From an uncultured Acidobacteriota bacterium (GTDB taxonomy: Bacteria; Acidobacteriota; Thermoanaerobaculia; Multivoradales; SZUA-115): 64,000 bases of DNA. The stretch lies in NCBI GenBank assembly GCA_963805975.1, contig CAWDVR010000001.1, forward strand, positions 768,001-832,000, read 5' to 3'. Made by a program: the position numbers and the translations under genes. Of this stretch, positions 9,718 to 19,107 are shown piece by piece (position 1 is the first letter of the stretch; each line of letters opens with the position of its first letter). Under the pieces are notes generated by a model. That model saw nothing but the letters and a program-made list of their open reading frames with translations, searched no databases and had not been told where the DNA came from.

Positions 9718-10262
9718 ACGGATCGAACTCGAAGCTCAGGCCCGCGCTGATCGGCGGCGCGGCGTTGGGGGCGGCCTCCGCCATCCCGCCGATCAACTTT
9801 CTCAACTGCGCCTGCTGCGCGCTGGTGATCGGCGGCGGCCTGCTGGCGATGTACCTCTACATGAAGGACTCGCCCCCCGCGCCGCAGCCGCCCTACGGCG
9901 ACGGCGCCATCCTGGGCCTGATGGCCGGCGCCATCGGCGCCGTGGTGGCCACCATCGTCACCATCCCGGTGCAGCTGATCATGGCCAGCTTCATGAACCC
10001 TGAGGGCCAGGCGCAGCAGATCCGCGAGGCCTTCGACCAGGCCGACCTGCCGCCCGCTGTCGAGCAGTTCGTGATCAACATGGCGAGCCCGACGCTCAAC
10101 GCCACCAAGCTGCTGATCGGGCTGGCGATGAACCTGGTGATCTTCGGCATCTTCGCCATGATCGGCGGCATCATCGGCGCCGCGGTCTTCCACAAGAAGG
10201 GCCGGCCCATGGCCCCGGCGCCGTACGAGCCGCCTCCGCCGCCGCCGGTCATGAACGTGTAG
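9714..10262 (+). CDS. Hypothetical membrane protein with NCACC motif
   Basis: ATGA overlap with the upstream gene; about four hydrophobic helices; Pro-rich tail. Confidence 0.75.
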   Translation: MNGSNSKLRPALIGGAALGAASAIPPINFLNCACCALVIGGGLLAMYLYMKDSPPAPQPPYGDGAILGLMAGAIGAVVATIVTIPVQLIMASFMNPEGQAQQIREAFDQADLPPAVEQFVINMASPTLNATKLLIGLAMNLVIFGIFAMIGGIIGAAVFHKKGRPMAPAPYEPPPPPPVMNV

Positions 10263-10292
10263 GCTGGGGAGCCACGCGGCGGAGCCGCCCGG

Positions 10293-11936
10293 ATGGACAA
10301 ATCGAACCGCGCCCTCTCCGTCGCTTCCGGGATCTTCCTCTCACGCCTGGCCGGCTTCCTACGCGGCCGGGCGATCGCCCACTACTTCGGTGTCGGGCCC
10401 TTTGCCGATGTGTTCGCCACCGCCCTGCGGGCGCCGAACGCGCTGCAGGTGCTGCTCGGCGAGGGCACGCTCTCGGCCTCGTTCATCCCGGTCTACGTGC
10501 GGCTGCTCGAGGCGGGCCGGAAGGAGGAGGCCGGGCGCTTCGCCGGCGCCGTCCTGGGGCTGCTGGTCGCCGTCACCGCCGCTGCCGTGCTCCTGGGGAT
10601 GGCGTTCGCCGGGCCGCTCGTCGCGCTGCTGACGCCCGGCTACCTGGCCGACGCCGGCCGCGTGGCGGCGGGCGAGGCCACGGCCGACCGCTTCGCGCTC
10701 TCGGTGCAGGCGGTGCGCATCGTGTTCCCGATGACCGGCTTCCTGGTGCTCTCGGTCTGGGCGCTGGGCGTCCTCAACAGCCACCGGCGTTTTTTCCTGG
10801 CCTACTTCGCGCCCGTGCTGTGGAACGCGGCGATCCTCGCCGCGCTGGTGGCGGCGGGCCGCGGCTGGTGGCCGGGTGTCGGCGCCGCCAACCTCGACGG
10901 CCTGCTCTACGCCGCCTGCTGGGGGGCGCTCGCCGGAGGGGCGCTGCAGTTCCTGGTGCAGTTGCCTACCGCGCTCTCGCTCCTCGGTGGGCTCCGGCTC
11001 TCGCTGAGCCCGGCCGTGCCGGGAGTGAGGGAAGCGCTGGCTGCCTTCGGCCCGGTGGTGGCGGGCCGGGGCGTGGTCCAGCTCGCCGGCTATCTCGATC
11101 TGATCCTCGCCTCGCTTCTTGCGACTGGCGCCGTGGCGGCGCTCGCCAACGCGCAGGTGCTCTACCTGCTGCCGATCTCGCTTTTCGGCATGTCGGTGGC
11201 GGCGGCGGAGCTGCCGGAGCTGGCGCGGGCGGGCGCCGCTTCGCGCGGCCGGCTCGCCGAACGGCTGTCGGGGGGGCTGGGGCAGGTCGCCTTCCTGACC
11301 GTGCCGGCGGCGCTCGGCTACCTCTTCTTCGGGTTTCTGATCGTGGGCGCTCTCTACCGCACGGGCCGCTTCGGCGAGGCCGAGACCTGGCTCGTCACCT
11401 GGGTGCTCGCCGGCTACGCCCTGGGCCTGCCGGCGAGCACGCTGTCGCGGCTGCTCCAGAACAGCTTCTACGCCCTCTCCGACACCCGCACGCCGGCCCG
11501 TATCGCCGGGCTGCGGGTAGCCGTGGCCGCTGCCGCCGCGGTGCCGCTCATGGTTTGGCTCGACCGCTACACGGTACCGGGCTCGGAGCTGCGGCTGGGT
11601 GCGGTGGGATTGGCCCTCGGCGCCTCGCTCGGCGCCTGGCTCGAGCTCTGGCGGCTGCGGAAGGCGCTCGCCGTAGAGGTCCCAGATCTCGCGTGGCCCT
11701 GGCCCGAGCTCGGCCGGATGCTCGCCGCCGCGGCGCTCGCGGCGCTGCCGGCCGCGCTTCTCTGGTGGCTCGCCGCCCGGCTGCACCCGGTGCTCGCCGC
11801 GGCCCTGGTGCTGGCGCCCTTCGCGGTGCTGTACTTTCTGATAGCGCGCTGGTTGGGGCTCCGGCAGACTGAGCGGTGGCTCGGGAGCCGCTTTCGTCGC
11901 GGCGGAGGGAACAAGCGCGGGGGGGGCCGCGTTTAA
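10293..11936 (+). CDS. murJ: Lipid II flippase MurJ/MviN
   Basis: SRLAGFLR, RAPNALQVLLGEGTLSASFIPVY, LLPISLFG, FYALSDTRTP. Confidence 0.93.
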   Translation: MDKSNRALSVASGIFLSRLAGFLRGRAIAHYFGVGPFADVFATALRAPNALQVLLGEGTLSASFIPVYVRLLEAGRKEEAGRFAGAVLGLLVAVTAAAVLLGMAFAGPLVALLTPGYLADAGRVAAGEATADRFALSVQAVRIVFPMTGFLVLSVWALGVLNSHRRFFLAYFAPVLWNAAILAALVAAGRGWWPGVGAANLDGLLYAACWGALAGGALQFLVQLPTALSLLGGLRLSLSPAVPGVREALAAFGPVVAGRGVVQLAGYLDLILASLLATGAVAALANAQVLYLLPISLFGMSVAAAELPELARAGAASRGRLAERLSGGLGQVAFLTVPAALGYLFFGFLIVGALYRTGRFGEAETWLVTWVLAGYALGLPASTLSRLLQNSFYALSDTRTPARIAGLRVAVAAAAAVPLMVWLDRYTVPGSELRLGAVGLALGASLGAWLELWRLRKALAVEVPDLAWPWPELGRMLAAAALAALPAALLWWLAARLHPVLAAALVLAPFAVLYFLIARWLGLRQTERWLGSRFRRGGGNKRGGGRV

Positions 11937-11960
11937 TTGCTTTGAGGAGCCTCATCGACC

Positions 11961-12542
11961 ATGGACACTCTGCTCAGCGTCTGTCTCGGCATCGGTCTCG
12001 CGGCGGCTTGCGGCTTCCGCATCTTCGTGCCGTTCCTGCTCATGAACCTGGCGGCGCGAGCGGGCTACCTGTCGGTGGCGGGCGGCTTCGAGTGGATCGG
12101 CTCGACGCCGGCGCTGATCCTCTTCGCGGTCGCGACCGGCCTCGAGATCGCGGCCTACTACGTTCCCTGGCTCGACAACGCCCTCGACACCGTGGCGGGG
12201 CCGCTCGCGGTGGTGGCCGGCGTGGTGATGATGGCCTCGTCGGTCACCGGCATGAACCCGATGCTCAAGTGGACGCTGGCGCTGATCGCCGGCGGGGGCG
12301 CGGCCGGGCTGGTGGCCGGCCTCACGGGCGCCGCCCGCGGCGCTTCGAGCCTCACTACCGGCGGCGCTGCCAACTTCCTGGTGGCGAGCGTCGAGGCGGT
12401 GGGCTCGGTCGCCATGTCGGTGCTGGCCATGGCCCTGCCGCTGGTTGCCGCCGTGCTCTTCGCGGTGGCCGTGTTCCTGGCCTTTCGCTGGCTCGCGACG
12501 CGGGTCGCCGGGGGATCCCCGGCGGCCGCCGCGAGCGGATGA
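11961..12542 (+). CDS. DUF4126 family membrane protein
   Basis: GIGLAAACGFRIFVP, EIAAYYVPWLDNALD, TTGGAAN. Confidence 0.85.
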   Translation: MDTLLSVCLGIGLAAACGFRIFVPFLLMNLAARAGYLSVAGGFEWIGSTPALILFAVATGLEIAAYYVPWLDNALDTVAGPLAVVAGVVMMASSVTGMNPMLKWTLALIAGGGAAGLVAGLTGAARGASSLTTGGAANFLVASVEAVGSVAMSVLAMALPLVAAVLFAVAVFLAFRWLATRVAGGSPAAAASG

Positions 12543-12546
12543 GGAC

Positions 12547-13671
12547 ATGGGCCGGTCTCCCGCAGCCGGGCTCGCGTGGATGCTCCTCCTGGGCGCCGGC
12601 TGCGCCTCGGCGCCGCCGCCCGCCAAGCCCTGGCGCCAGGCCCTGGAGGCCGAGCTCGCCGGCCGCGGCTTCTCTCCGACCGCCCTGACCATCCCTTTCG
12701 AGATCGATCCCTCCGGCCGCGCCTGGCTGGCCCAGGAGAAGCCGCTCTCCGAACCCGACGCGGACCCTCTGCAACGCCTGCTCGATCGCATGGTGGCAGA
12801 GGACGGCCTCGGCATCACCTACCTCCGGAGCTTCACCGGCACGGCAACGGAGGTGATGGAGCAGCGCAAGGCCAACTGCCTGGGCTTCGTCAACCTGTTC
12901 GTGGCCATGGCCCGGGAGCTGGGCCTCGAGGCCTTCTTCGTGGCGGTCGAGGATCGCCCGGTCTACGACCGTGCGGGGGACCTGGTGCTGATCTCCGACC
13001 ACGTCTCGGCCGGTTTCTTCAGCGCCGGCGAGCTTCGGCTGCTCGACTTCCAGGCGGGGGAGGACCCCTCGTACAAGCAGGTGCGCCCGGTCTCGGACCT
13101 CGACGCGCTGGCCCGGTACTACTCGAACCGCGGCGCCGAGCTGGTCCGCGAGGGCAAGGCCCGGGAAGCCAAGGGGTGGCTGGAGACGGCGGTGCGGATC
13201 GCGCCTTCGCTGCCGGCGAGCTGGGTGAACCTCGGCGTGGCGCGGCGGCGGATCGGGGACCTGCCGGGAGCCGAGGCGGCGTATCGCACGGCGCTCGAGA
13301 CGGACCCCGCTACGCTCTCCGCCTACCAGAACCTGGCCGCGCTGCTGCGCTTGCGCGGGCAGGAAGAAGAGGCCATCCGGCTGCTCGCCGCGACGGAGAA
13401 GGCCGGCAACCGGAACCCGTACAGCTACCTGTCGCTGGGCGACTGGAACCGCGAATCGGGCCGGCTGGAGGAGGCCCGGCGCTGCTATCGGCGGGCGCTG
13501 TTGCTGGACAGTCTCAAGGCCGAGCCCTACGCGGCGCTGGGGGAGCTGGAGCTCGAGGGCGGCCACCTCGACCGCGCGCGCCGCTGGTTGCGCAAGGCCA
13601 AAAAGCTCGACCCCGCGGACGAGCGCACGTCGAGCCTCGAGCAGCGGCTGGCGGGGCGGCAGGCGAGCTGA
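12547..13671 (+). CDS. Lipoprotein with transglutaminase-like domain and TPR repeats
   Basis: Lipobox LGAGC; ANCLGFVNLFVAMARELG (Cys), HVSAG (His), LLDF (Asp); TPR-like WVNLGVARRRIGD...AYRTAL. Confidence 0.8.
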   Translation: MGRSPAAGLAWMLLLGAGCASAPPPAKPWRQALEAELAGRGFSPTALTIPFEIDPSGRAWLAQEKPLSEPDADPLQRLLDRMVAEDGLGITYLRSFTGTATEVMEQRKANCLGFVNLFVAMARELGLEAFFVAVEDRPVYDRAGDLVLISDHVSAGFFSAGELRLLDFQAGEDPSYKQVRPVSDLDALARYYSNRGAELVREGKAREAKGWLETAVRIAPSLPASWVNLGVARRRIGDLPGAEAAYRTALETDPATLSAYQNLAALLRLRGQEEEAIRLLAATEKAGNRNPYSYLSLGDWNRESGRLEEARRCYRRALLLDSLKAEPYAALGELELEGGHLDRARRWLRKAKKLDPADERTSSLEQRLAGRQAS

Positions 13672-13676
13672 CCGGC

Positions 13677-13800
13677 GCCCCTCACCCCGTCCCTCTCCCC
13701 GCTAACGCGGGGCGAGGGCGCCACCGCCCGCCCCTGAGAACCACAGGCCACCCTCCGGTCCCCTCTCCCCGCTTGCGGGGAGAGGGCCAGGGTGAGGGGC
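13677..13800. repeat. Inverted pair of REP-like palindromic elements
   Basis: GCCCCTCACCCCGTCCCTCTCCCCGC-taac-GCGGGGCGAGGG (13677-13718) and an inverted copy CCCTCTCCCCGC-tt-GCGGGGAGAGGGCCAGGGTGAGGGGC (13761-13800). Confidence 0.8.
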
Positions 13801-13850
13801 CCTGGATCCACTCTTGACGCCCTCCCCTCCCTCTGCTTTGCTCCGCCCGC

Positions 13851-16088
13851 ATGGCTCAGCCCTCGACGTGGCGTATCTGGGTCGACACCGGCGGGACGTT
13901 CACGGACTGCCTGGCGGTCGACCCCGGCGGTGCGCTGCACCGCGCCAAGGTGCTCTCCACCAGCGCGCTGCGCGGGCGCGTGGTGGCGGTGCTCGACGGC
14001 CGGCACGTCGAGATCGAAGCGCCGTGGCAGGCGCCGGACGGTTTCTTCGCCGGCTTCGAGTGGCGGCGGCTCGGGGGCGGGGAGACGACCGCGGTCTCCG
14101 GCTACGACGCGGCCTCGCGCGTGGTCGAGCTGGCCGCCGAGCCGACGCCGGAGCCGGTGGCCGGAGAGGGTTTCGAGCTGCTGTCGGAGGAAGAGGCGCC
14201 GGTGCTCGCGGTGCGGCTGGTCACCGGCACGGTGCCGGGCCGGTCCCTGCCGCCGGTCGCGCTTCGCCTCGCCACCACCCGCGGCACCAACGCCCTGCTC
14301 GAAGGCAAGGGCGCGCAGACGGCGCTGTTCATCACCCGTGGCTTCGGAGACTTGCTCGAGATCGGCACCCAGCAGCGGCCGGACCTCTTCGCGCTGGCGG
14401 TGGTCAAGCCGCGGCCGCTGCCGGCAGTGGTGGTGGAGGTCGAGGAGCGGCTGGCGGCCGACGGCTCGGTGCTGGTGCCGCTCGACCCCGCCGCGGTGGA
14501 GCGCGCCGGAATCGAGCTCAGGGCGCGAGGGATCGAAGCGGCGGCCGTCGCTTTCCTCCATTCCTACCGCAACCCTGCCCACGAGCAAGCCGCGGCGGCG
14601 GCGCTCCGGCGAGCCGGCATCGCCCAGGTCTCGGCCTCGGCGGAGCTCGCGCCGCGCATCAAGATCCTGCCGCGCGCCGAGACCGCGGTGGTGGACGCCT
14701 ACCTCGGACCCGTGATCCGCGGCTATCTCGAGCGCGTGGCCACGGCCCTGGGGAGCGGCAGCAGCCTGCACGTGATGACCAGCGCCGGGGGCCTGGCCCG
14801 TGCCGAGTCCTTTCATCCCAAGGACAGCCTCCTCTCCGGGCCGGCGGGCGGCGTGGTGGGAGCCGCGCGCGCCGGGCGGCGGGCCGGCTTCCGGCGGCTG
14901 ATCGGCTTCGACATGGGCGGCACCTCGACCGACGTGGCCCGCTACGACGGCGACTTCGACTACACCTTCGAGCACCAGGTGGGCCGGGCGCGGCTGGCGG
15001 CGCCGGCGCTCGCGGTCGAGACCGTGGCAGCGGGCGGCGGCTCGACCTGCGCCTTCGACGGCACGCAGCTCCTGGTGGGCCCGGAGAGCGCCGGGGCCCG
15101 GCCGGGCCCCGCCTGCTACGGCGCCGGCGGGCCGCTGACCCTGACCGACGTCAACCTGCTCCTCGGCCGGCTGGCGCCCGGCTTCTTCGGCATCCCGCTC
15201 GACCAAGAGGCGGCCGAGCGGGCGTTCCGGGAGCTGCTGGCCCCCCTGCACCGCTCCTCGCCGGCCGTCGAGCCCGAGGCCGTGCTGGAGGGCCTGCTCG
15301 CGATCGCCGACGAGCGCATGGCCGGCGCCATCCGCACCCTTTCCGTGGCGCGCGGCTACGACCCCGCCGACTACGCTCTGCTCGCCTTCGGTGGCGCCGG
15401 CGGCCAGCACGCCTGCGCGGTGGCGGCTCTGCTGGGGATCTCGACCGTGATCGTGCCTCCGGACGCGGGCCTCCTGTCCGCCGCGGGGCTGGGCGCGGCC
15501 GTGGTCGAACGGTTCCGGGAGCGGCAGGTGCTGGCGCCGCTCTCCGAGGTCGAGGCGGAGCTTCCGGCCTGGCTGGCGAGCCTCGGGCGCGAGGCCGCCG
15601 CGGCGGTTGCGGCCGAGGGCGTGGCGGAGCAGGAGATCGTCGTCCGGCGCCGCATGGTGCACCTTCGTCTCCTCGGCCAGGAGGCGTCGCTCGCCGTCGA
15701 ATGGAGCGAGGGCGAAGACTTGGCCGCGGCTTTCGTCACTGCCTACCAGAGCCTCTACGGCTACCGGCCTCTGGCCGGGTGCGCGGTGGAGATCGAGTCG
15801 CTGCGGGTGGTGGCCTCGTCGCGGCCGGAGCCGGAGCTTGCGGTCGGTCCCGTCCCGAGCGGCCATGCGGCCCGGGCGAGCGGCCGGAGCCGTGCGTTCT
15901 TCGATGGCGCCTGGCGCGAGACGGCGGCCTTCGCCCGCCACGAGCTCGAGCCCGGGGCGGAGCTCCTTAGCCCGGGCCTGGTGCTGGAGGCCCACGCCAC
16001 CACGGTGGTGCCGCCCGGCTGGCAGGGGAGAGTCGACGCGAGCGGCGCACTGATACTGACTTTGAGCGAGATCAAGGAGATCCCATGA
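13851..16088 (+). CDS. Hydantoinase A / 5-oxoprolinase N-terminal (ATPase) half
   Basis: VDTGGTFTD, ATTRGTNALLE, LLSGPAGGVVG, FDMGGTSTDV, TVAAGGGS, GPACYGAGG, AFGGAGGQHAC. Confidence 0.93.
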   Translation: MAQPSTWRIWVDTGGTFTDCLAVDPGGALHRAKVLSTSALRGRVVAVLDGRHVEIEAPWQAPDGFFAGFEWRRLGGGETTAVSGYDAASRVVELAAEPTPEPVAGEGFELLSEEEAPVLAVRLVTGTVPGRSLPPVALRLATTRGTNALLEGKGAQTALFITRGFGDLLEIGTQQRPDLFALAVVKPRPLPAVVVEVEERLAADGSVLVPLDPAAVERAGIELRARGIEAAAVAFLHSYRNPAHEQAAAAALRRAGIAQVSASAELAPRIKILPRAETAVVDAYLGPVIRGYLERVATALGSGSSLHVMTSAGGLARAESFHPKDSLLSGPAGGVVGAARAGRRAGFRRLIGFDMGGTSTDVARYDGDFDYTFEHQVGRARLAAPALAVETVAAGGGSTCAFDGTQLLVGPESAGARPGPACYGAGGPLTLTDVNLLLGRLAPGFFGIPLDQEAAERAFRELLAPLHRSSPAVEPEAVLEGLLAIADERMAGAIRTLSVARGYDPADYALLAFGGAGGQHACAVAALLGISTVIVPPDAGLLSAAGLGAAVVERFRERQVLAPLSEVEAELPAWLASLGREAAAAVAAEGVAEQEIVVRRRMVHLRLLGQEASLAVEWSEGEDLAAAFVTAYQSLYGYRPLAGCAVEIESLRVVASSRPEPELAVGPVPSGHAARASGRSRAFFDGAWRETAAFARHELEPGAELLSPGLVLEAHATTVVPPGWQGRVDASGALILTLSEIKEIP

Positions 16089-16639
16089 ACGGACGCGGAT
16101 GGAGAGCCTGGATCCTGGCCCTGGCGTCGAGCGGCATCGTGCTCGCCGCGGCGGCGCAGCCACCGGCCCCGCCGGGCGAGACGAGTGTCGGCGTCGAGGT
16201 CGCGCGCCTCAACGCCAGCCTCCAGGAGCTGGTGGCGCTGATGAAGAAGCAGCTCGACGGGCAGCGGATCGAGCTTCTGATGCGCCAGGTGGAGCTCAAG
16301 CGCAGCAAGCTGGCGCCGTTCGAGGCCGAGCTGCGCTCGACGCGTGCCGCGCGGGACGGCGCCGAGCAGGAGCTGCAGAACCTGAAGGTCAACCAGGAAC
16401 AGATGGAGCAGAGCCTCGAGGCCGAGCTCGGGTCCACGGACGGCACGCCCGAGCAGGCGGAGCAGATGGAGAAGATGGTCGAGCAGAGCCTGCGCCATTT
16501 CGTCCTCCAGACCAAGATGACCAGAGACCGCCTGGCGAGCCTGGAGCAGAAGCTGCAGATCCTCGACAGCGACGCGGCGACGGCCCGTGCCGAGGTCGAG
16601 CACTGGGAGGCGCTCGTCGAACGCGAGCTGCAAAGGTAG
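16085..16639 (+). CDS. Secreted coiled-coil hypothetical protein
   Basis: AAGGAG RBS, signal peptide, E/Q/L-rich heptads; ATGA overlap with the hydantoinase A stop. Confidence 0.75.
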   Translation: MNGRGWRAWILALASSGIVLAAAAQPPAPPGETSVGVEVARLNASLQELVALMKKQLDGQRIELLMRQVELKRSKLAPFEAELRSTRAARDGAEQELQNLKVNQEQMEQSLEAELGSTDGTPEQAEQMEKMVEQSLRHFVLQTKMTRDRLASLEQKLQILDSDAATARAEVEHWEALVERELQR

Positions 16640-16640
16640 C

Positions 16641-16671
16641 TCGACAAAAAAGAGAACGGTCGTGCTATTCT
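16641..16671 (+). promoter_or_regulatory. Putative TetR promoter (extended -10 TGcTATTCT) overlapped by an operator GAACGGTCGTGCT
   Basis: The -10 element lies just upstream of GTG 16678 and there is no SD, suggesting a leaderless mRNA. The operator recurs inverted at 17313-17325. Confidence 0.55.
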
Positions 16672-16677
16672 GGCGGC

Positions 16678-17268
16678 GTGTCCAAGGGTGAAGAGACCCG
16701 GGCCGCGATCCTCGATGCGGCGCTCGCCTCGGCCAGCCGTGTCGGTCTGGGGGCGCTCAGCCTGGGGGACCTCGCCCAGCAGGTAGGCCTGTCGAAGAGC
16801 GGCCTCTTCGCCCACTTCGAGTCGAAAGAGCATCTGCAGTTGGAGGTGGTGCAGCGCGCAAAGGATCGCTTCGTCGAAGTGGTCATCGGCCCCGCCTTGC
16901 GCCAGCCACGCGGCGAGCCCCGCGTCCGCGCCCTCTACGAGAACTGGTTCCGCTGGTCGAGCGCCAGCGAGCTGCCCGGCGGCTGCGTGTTCATCGCCGC
17001 GGCCAGCGAGCTCGACGATCGGCCCGGCCCGCTCCGGGACTCGATCGTCGCCGCACAGCGGGACTGGCTGGGGGTGCTGGCGCAGGCCGCCCGCATCGCC
17101 ATCGAGGAAGGCCAGTTCCGCGCCGGGCTCGACGCCGACCAGTTCGCCTGGGAAGTGAAAGCCACGATCCTCGCCTACCATCACTTCGCCCGCCTGCTCC
17201 AAGCCGAGGACGCGAAGGCCCGTGCCTTCCGCGCCTTCGAAGCCCTGCTCACCTCCGCCCGCGCCTGA
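16678..17268 (+). CDS. TetR/AcrR family transcriptional regulator
   Basis: TRAAILDAA...LAQQVGLSKSGLFAHFESKEHL HTH; PGGCVFIAAASELDDRPG. Confidence 0.93.
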   Translation: MSKGEETRAAILDAALASASRVGLGALSLGDLAQQVGLSKSGLFAHFESKEHLQLEVVQRAKDRFVEVVIGPALRQPRGEPRVRALYENWFRWSSASELPGGCVFIAAASELDDRPGPLRDSIVAAQRDWLGVLAQAARIAIEEGQFRAGLDADQFAWEVKATILAYHHFARLLQAEDAKARAFRAFEALLTSARA

Positions 17269-17279
17269 AGGAGATCCCC

Positions 17280-18194
17280 ATGGTCGAGACGGTCCTCGCC
17301 GGAGCAGAAAAAAGCACGATCGTTCGGTCTCATTTTGACGCGCCACCCCCGCCGCCACCCGGCGCCGGCCTGCTCGGTGCGGTGGTGCGCGCCGCGGACC
17401 AGCTCTCGCCCGCCTGGGGCGCGAGCCTCGCCGCCCGGCTCTTCACCACGACCCGGCGCCGTCGCACGCCGGCCCGCGAAGCGGCGTGGCTCGCAACGGC
17501 CGAGCGCTCGACGCTCGTCGTGGGCAGCCACCGGCTGGCGGCCTGGACCTGGGAGGCCATGGGCGACGGCGAGGGCGGACCCACCGTGCTCCTGATCCAC
17601 GGCTGGGAGGGCCGTGCCTCGCAGCTCGGCGCGGTCGCCTCGGCGCTCGCCGGGGCCGGCTGCCGTGCGATCGCGGTGGACCTTCCGGCGCACGGCGAGA
17701 CCGCCGGCCGGCGCACCAATCTCTACGAGATGGCCTCGGTGGTCGAGGGCCTGGCCACGCGGCTGGGCCCGCTCGCCGGCATCGTCGCCCACTCGTTCGG
17801 AGCGGCGGCCACCACGGTGGCTCTGCGCCGTCCGCTCGACGTGGAGCGGCTGGTCTACCTGGCGCCGTCCGAGGACTTCAATCATTTCACCGGCCTCTTC
17901 GGACGCTGGCTCGGCCTCGAGGCCTCGCTCGTCGAGCGCATGCAGCAGTCGATCGAGCGCCGCATCGGCATCGGCTGGAACGAGCTCCGTGCCTCCCACC
18001 TGGCGCCGTCGATGACTAAACCGCTGCTGATCTTCCACGACGAGCAGGATGCCGACGTGCCCGCCAGTCACGGCCTGACCTATGCCGCGCGCTGGCCCGG
18101 CGCGCGGCTCGTTACCACCCGCGGCCTCGGGCATCGGCGCATCCTGCGCCAGCCGGAAGTGGTGACGGCGGTGGTGGACTTTCTTCGAAGATAG
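17280..18194 (+). CDS. Alpha/beta hydrolase
   Basis: HGWEG, DLPAHG, AHSFG nucleophile, HDEQD, GLGHRRIL. Confidence 0.9.
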   Translation: MVETVLAGAEKSTIVRSHFDAPPPPPPGAGLLGAVVRAADQLSPAWGASLAARLFTTTRRRRTPAREAAWLATAERSTLVVGSHRLAAWTWEAMGDGEGGPTVLLIHGWEGRASQLGAVASALAGAGCRAIAVDLPAHGETAGRRTNLYEMASVVEGLATRLGPLAGIVAHSFGAAATTVALRRPLDVERLVYLAPSEDFNHFTGLFGRWLGLEASLVERMQQSIERRIGIGWNELRASHLAPSMTKPLLIFHDEQDADVPASHGLTYAARWPGARLVTTRGLGHRRILRQPEVVTAVVDFLRR

Positions 18195-18331
18195 GAATCG
18201 CAATTTGGCTATTTAAGGTCACGAAAGTGCAGGTAGGCGCACTCCTGTGGTTAGAGCACACGAGAAACCACCTCGGCCGGACGTGGACGGACAAGGCCCG
18301 CCCAGGCCGGCCCTCAACAAGGAGAAGCTCC

Positions 18332-18997
18332 ATGCTGCGCAAGATCCTGCTCGTCGCGTCCGTGTCCCTGCTCGCGGCTTCGGCTGCCTGGGCCAAGCCG
18401 CCGGTCTACTTCAGCTTCGCCTCGGACGACTACCACGAAGGGCCGACCTTCAAGGCCAGCGGCGCCCTGTTGTATGGCCAGGGTCGGGTCGACCTGATGG
18501 TCGATCAGCAGAGCGATTTCGAGGGCGGGGTGGTGATCTTCCCGAGCTTCTTCGAGCTCAAGGCCCAGATGCACTCGTACAACGTGGTGGCGGTCGGCCC
18601 TGCCTTCCTCCACATCTGGGAGTATGAAGGCGAGCTCAGCTTCACCCACTACGACACCGCGTTCGGCTTCCCGCTGTTGCTGACGACCCGGTTCAAGTAC
18701 GCGGTGCTGACCAGCCAGTCGCCCTCCGCCACGCAGGCGGGAGAGACGATGACTCTCCAGGCCTCGCAGAGCGTGGACTCCAACGTGGTCTTCCGGGACG
18801 GTGCCGGCCTCGAGGCGGTGCTGAATCTGGTCTACCCGGACGACTATGTCGGCTACAGCTCGGACTTCGCCTTCACCTTCACCAACGTGCGCAGCGGCGG
18901 CCTCGTCGGCCCGCCGCCGAACGTGGACCCCGGCGGCAAGTTCCGCGACGATTGGGAGTCCGAGGGCAGCTTCTCGGCCTCGGGCGGGAACGGCTGA
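18332..18997 (+). CDS. Secreted beta-rich hypothetical protein
   Basis: AAGGAG RBS, ATG 18332, signal peptide MLRKILLVASVSLLAASAAWA. Confidence 0.75.
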   Translation: MLRKILLVASVSLLAASAAWAKPPVYFSFASDDYHEGPTFKASGALLYGQGRVDLMVDQQSDFEGGVVIFPSFFELKAQMHSYNVVAVGPAFLHIWEYEGELSFTHYDTAFGFPLLLTTRFKYAVLTSQSPSATQAGETMTLQASQSVDSNVVFRDGAGLEAVLNLVYPDDYVGYSSDFAFTFTNVRSGGLVGPPPNVDPGGKFRDDWESEGSFSASGGNG

Positions 18998-19107
18998 CGT
19001 TCGTAGCGATCGGATAGGAAACGGAAACCGGTAGTAGTCAATCGATACGCCCCCTCGGGCCGTGAGGACGGCAGCGGCGAAATCGATACACTGTCTCCGG
19101 TTTCCCC

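Noticed and set aside
16074-17283. AAGGAGATCCC(C)ATG occurring twice, as a possible target-site duplication
   Set aside because: Both are RBS-plus-start regions and do not bracket the whole inserted block.
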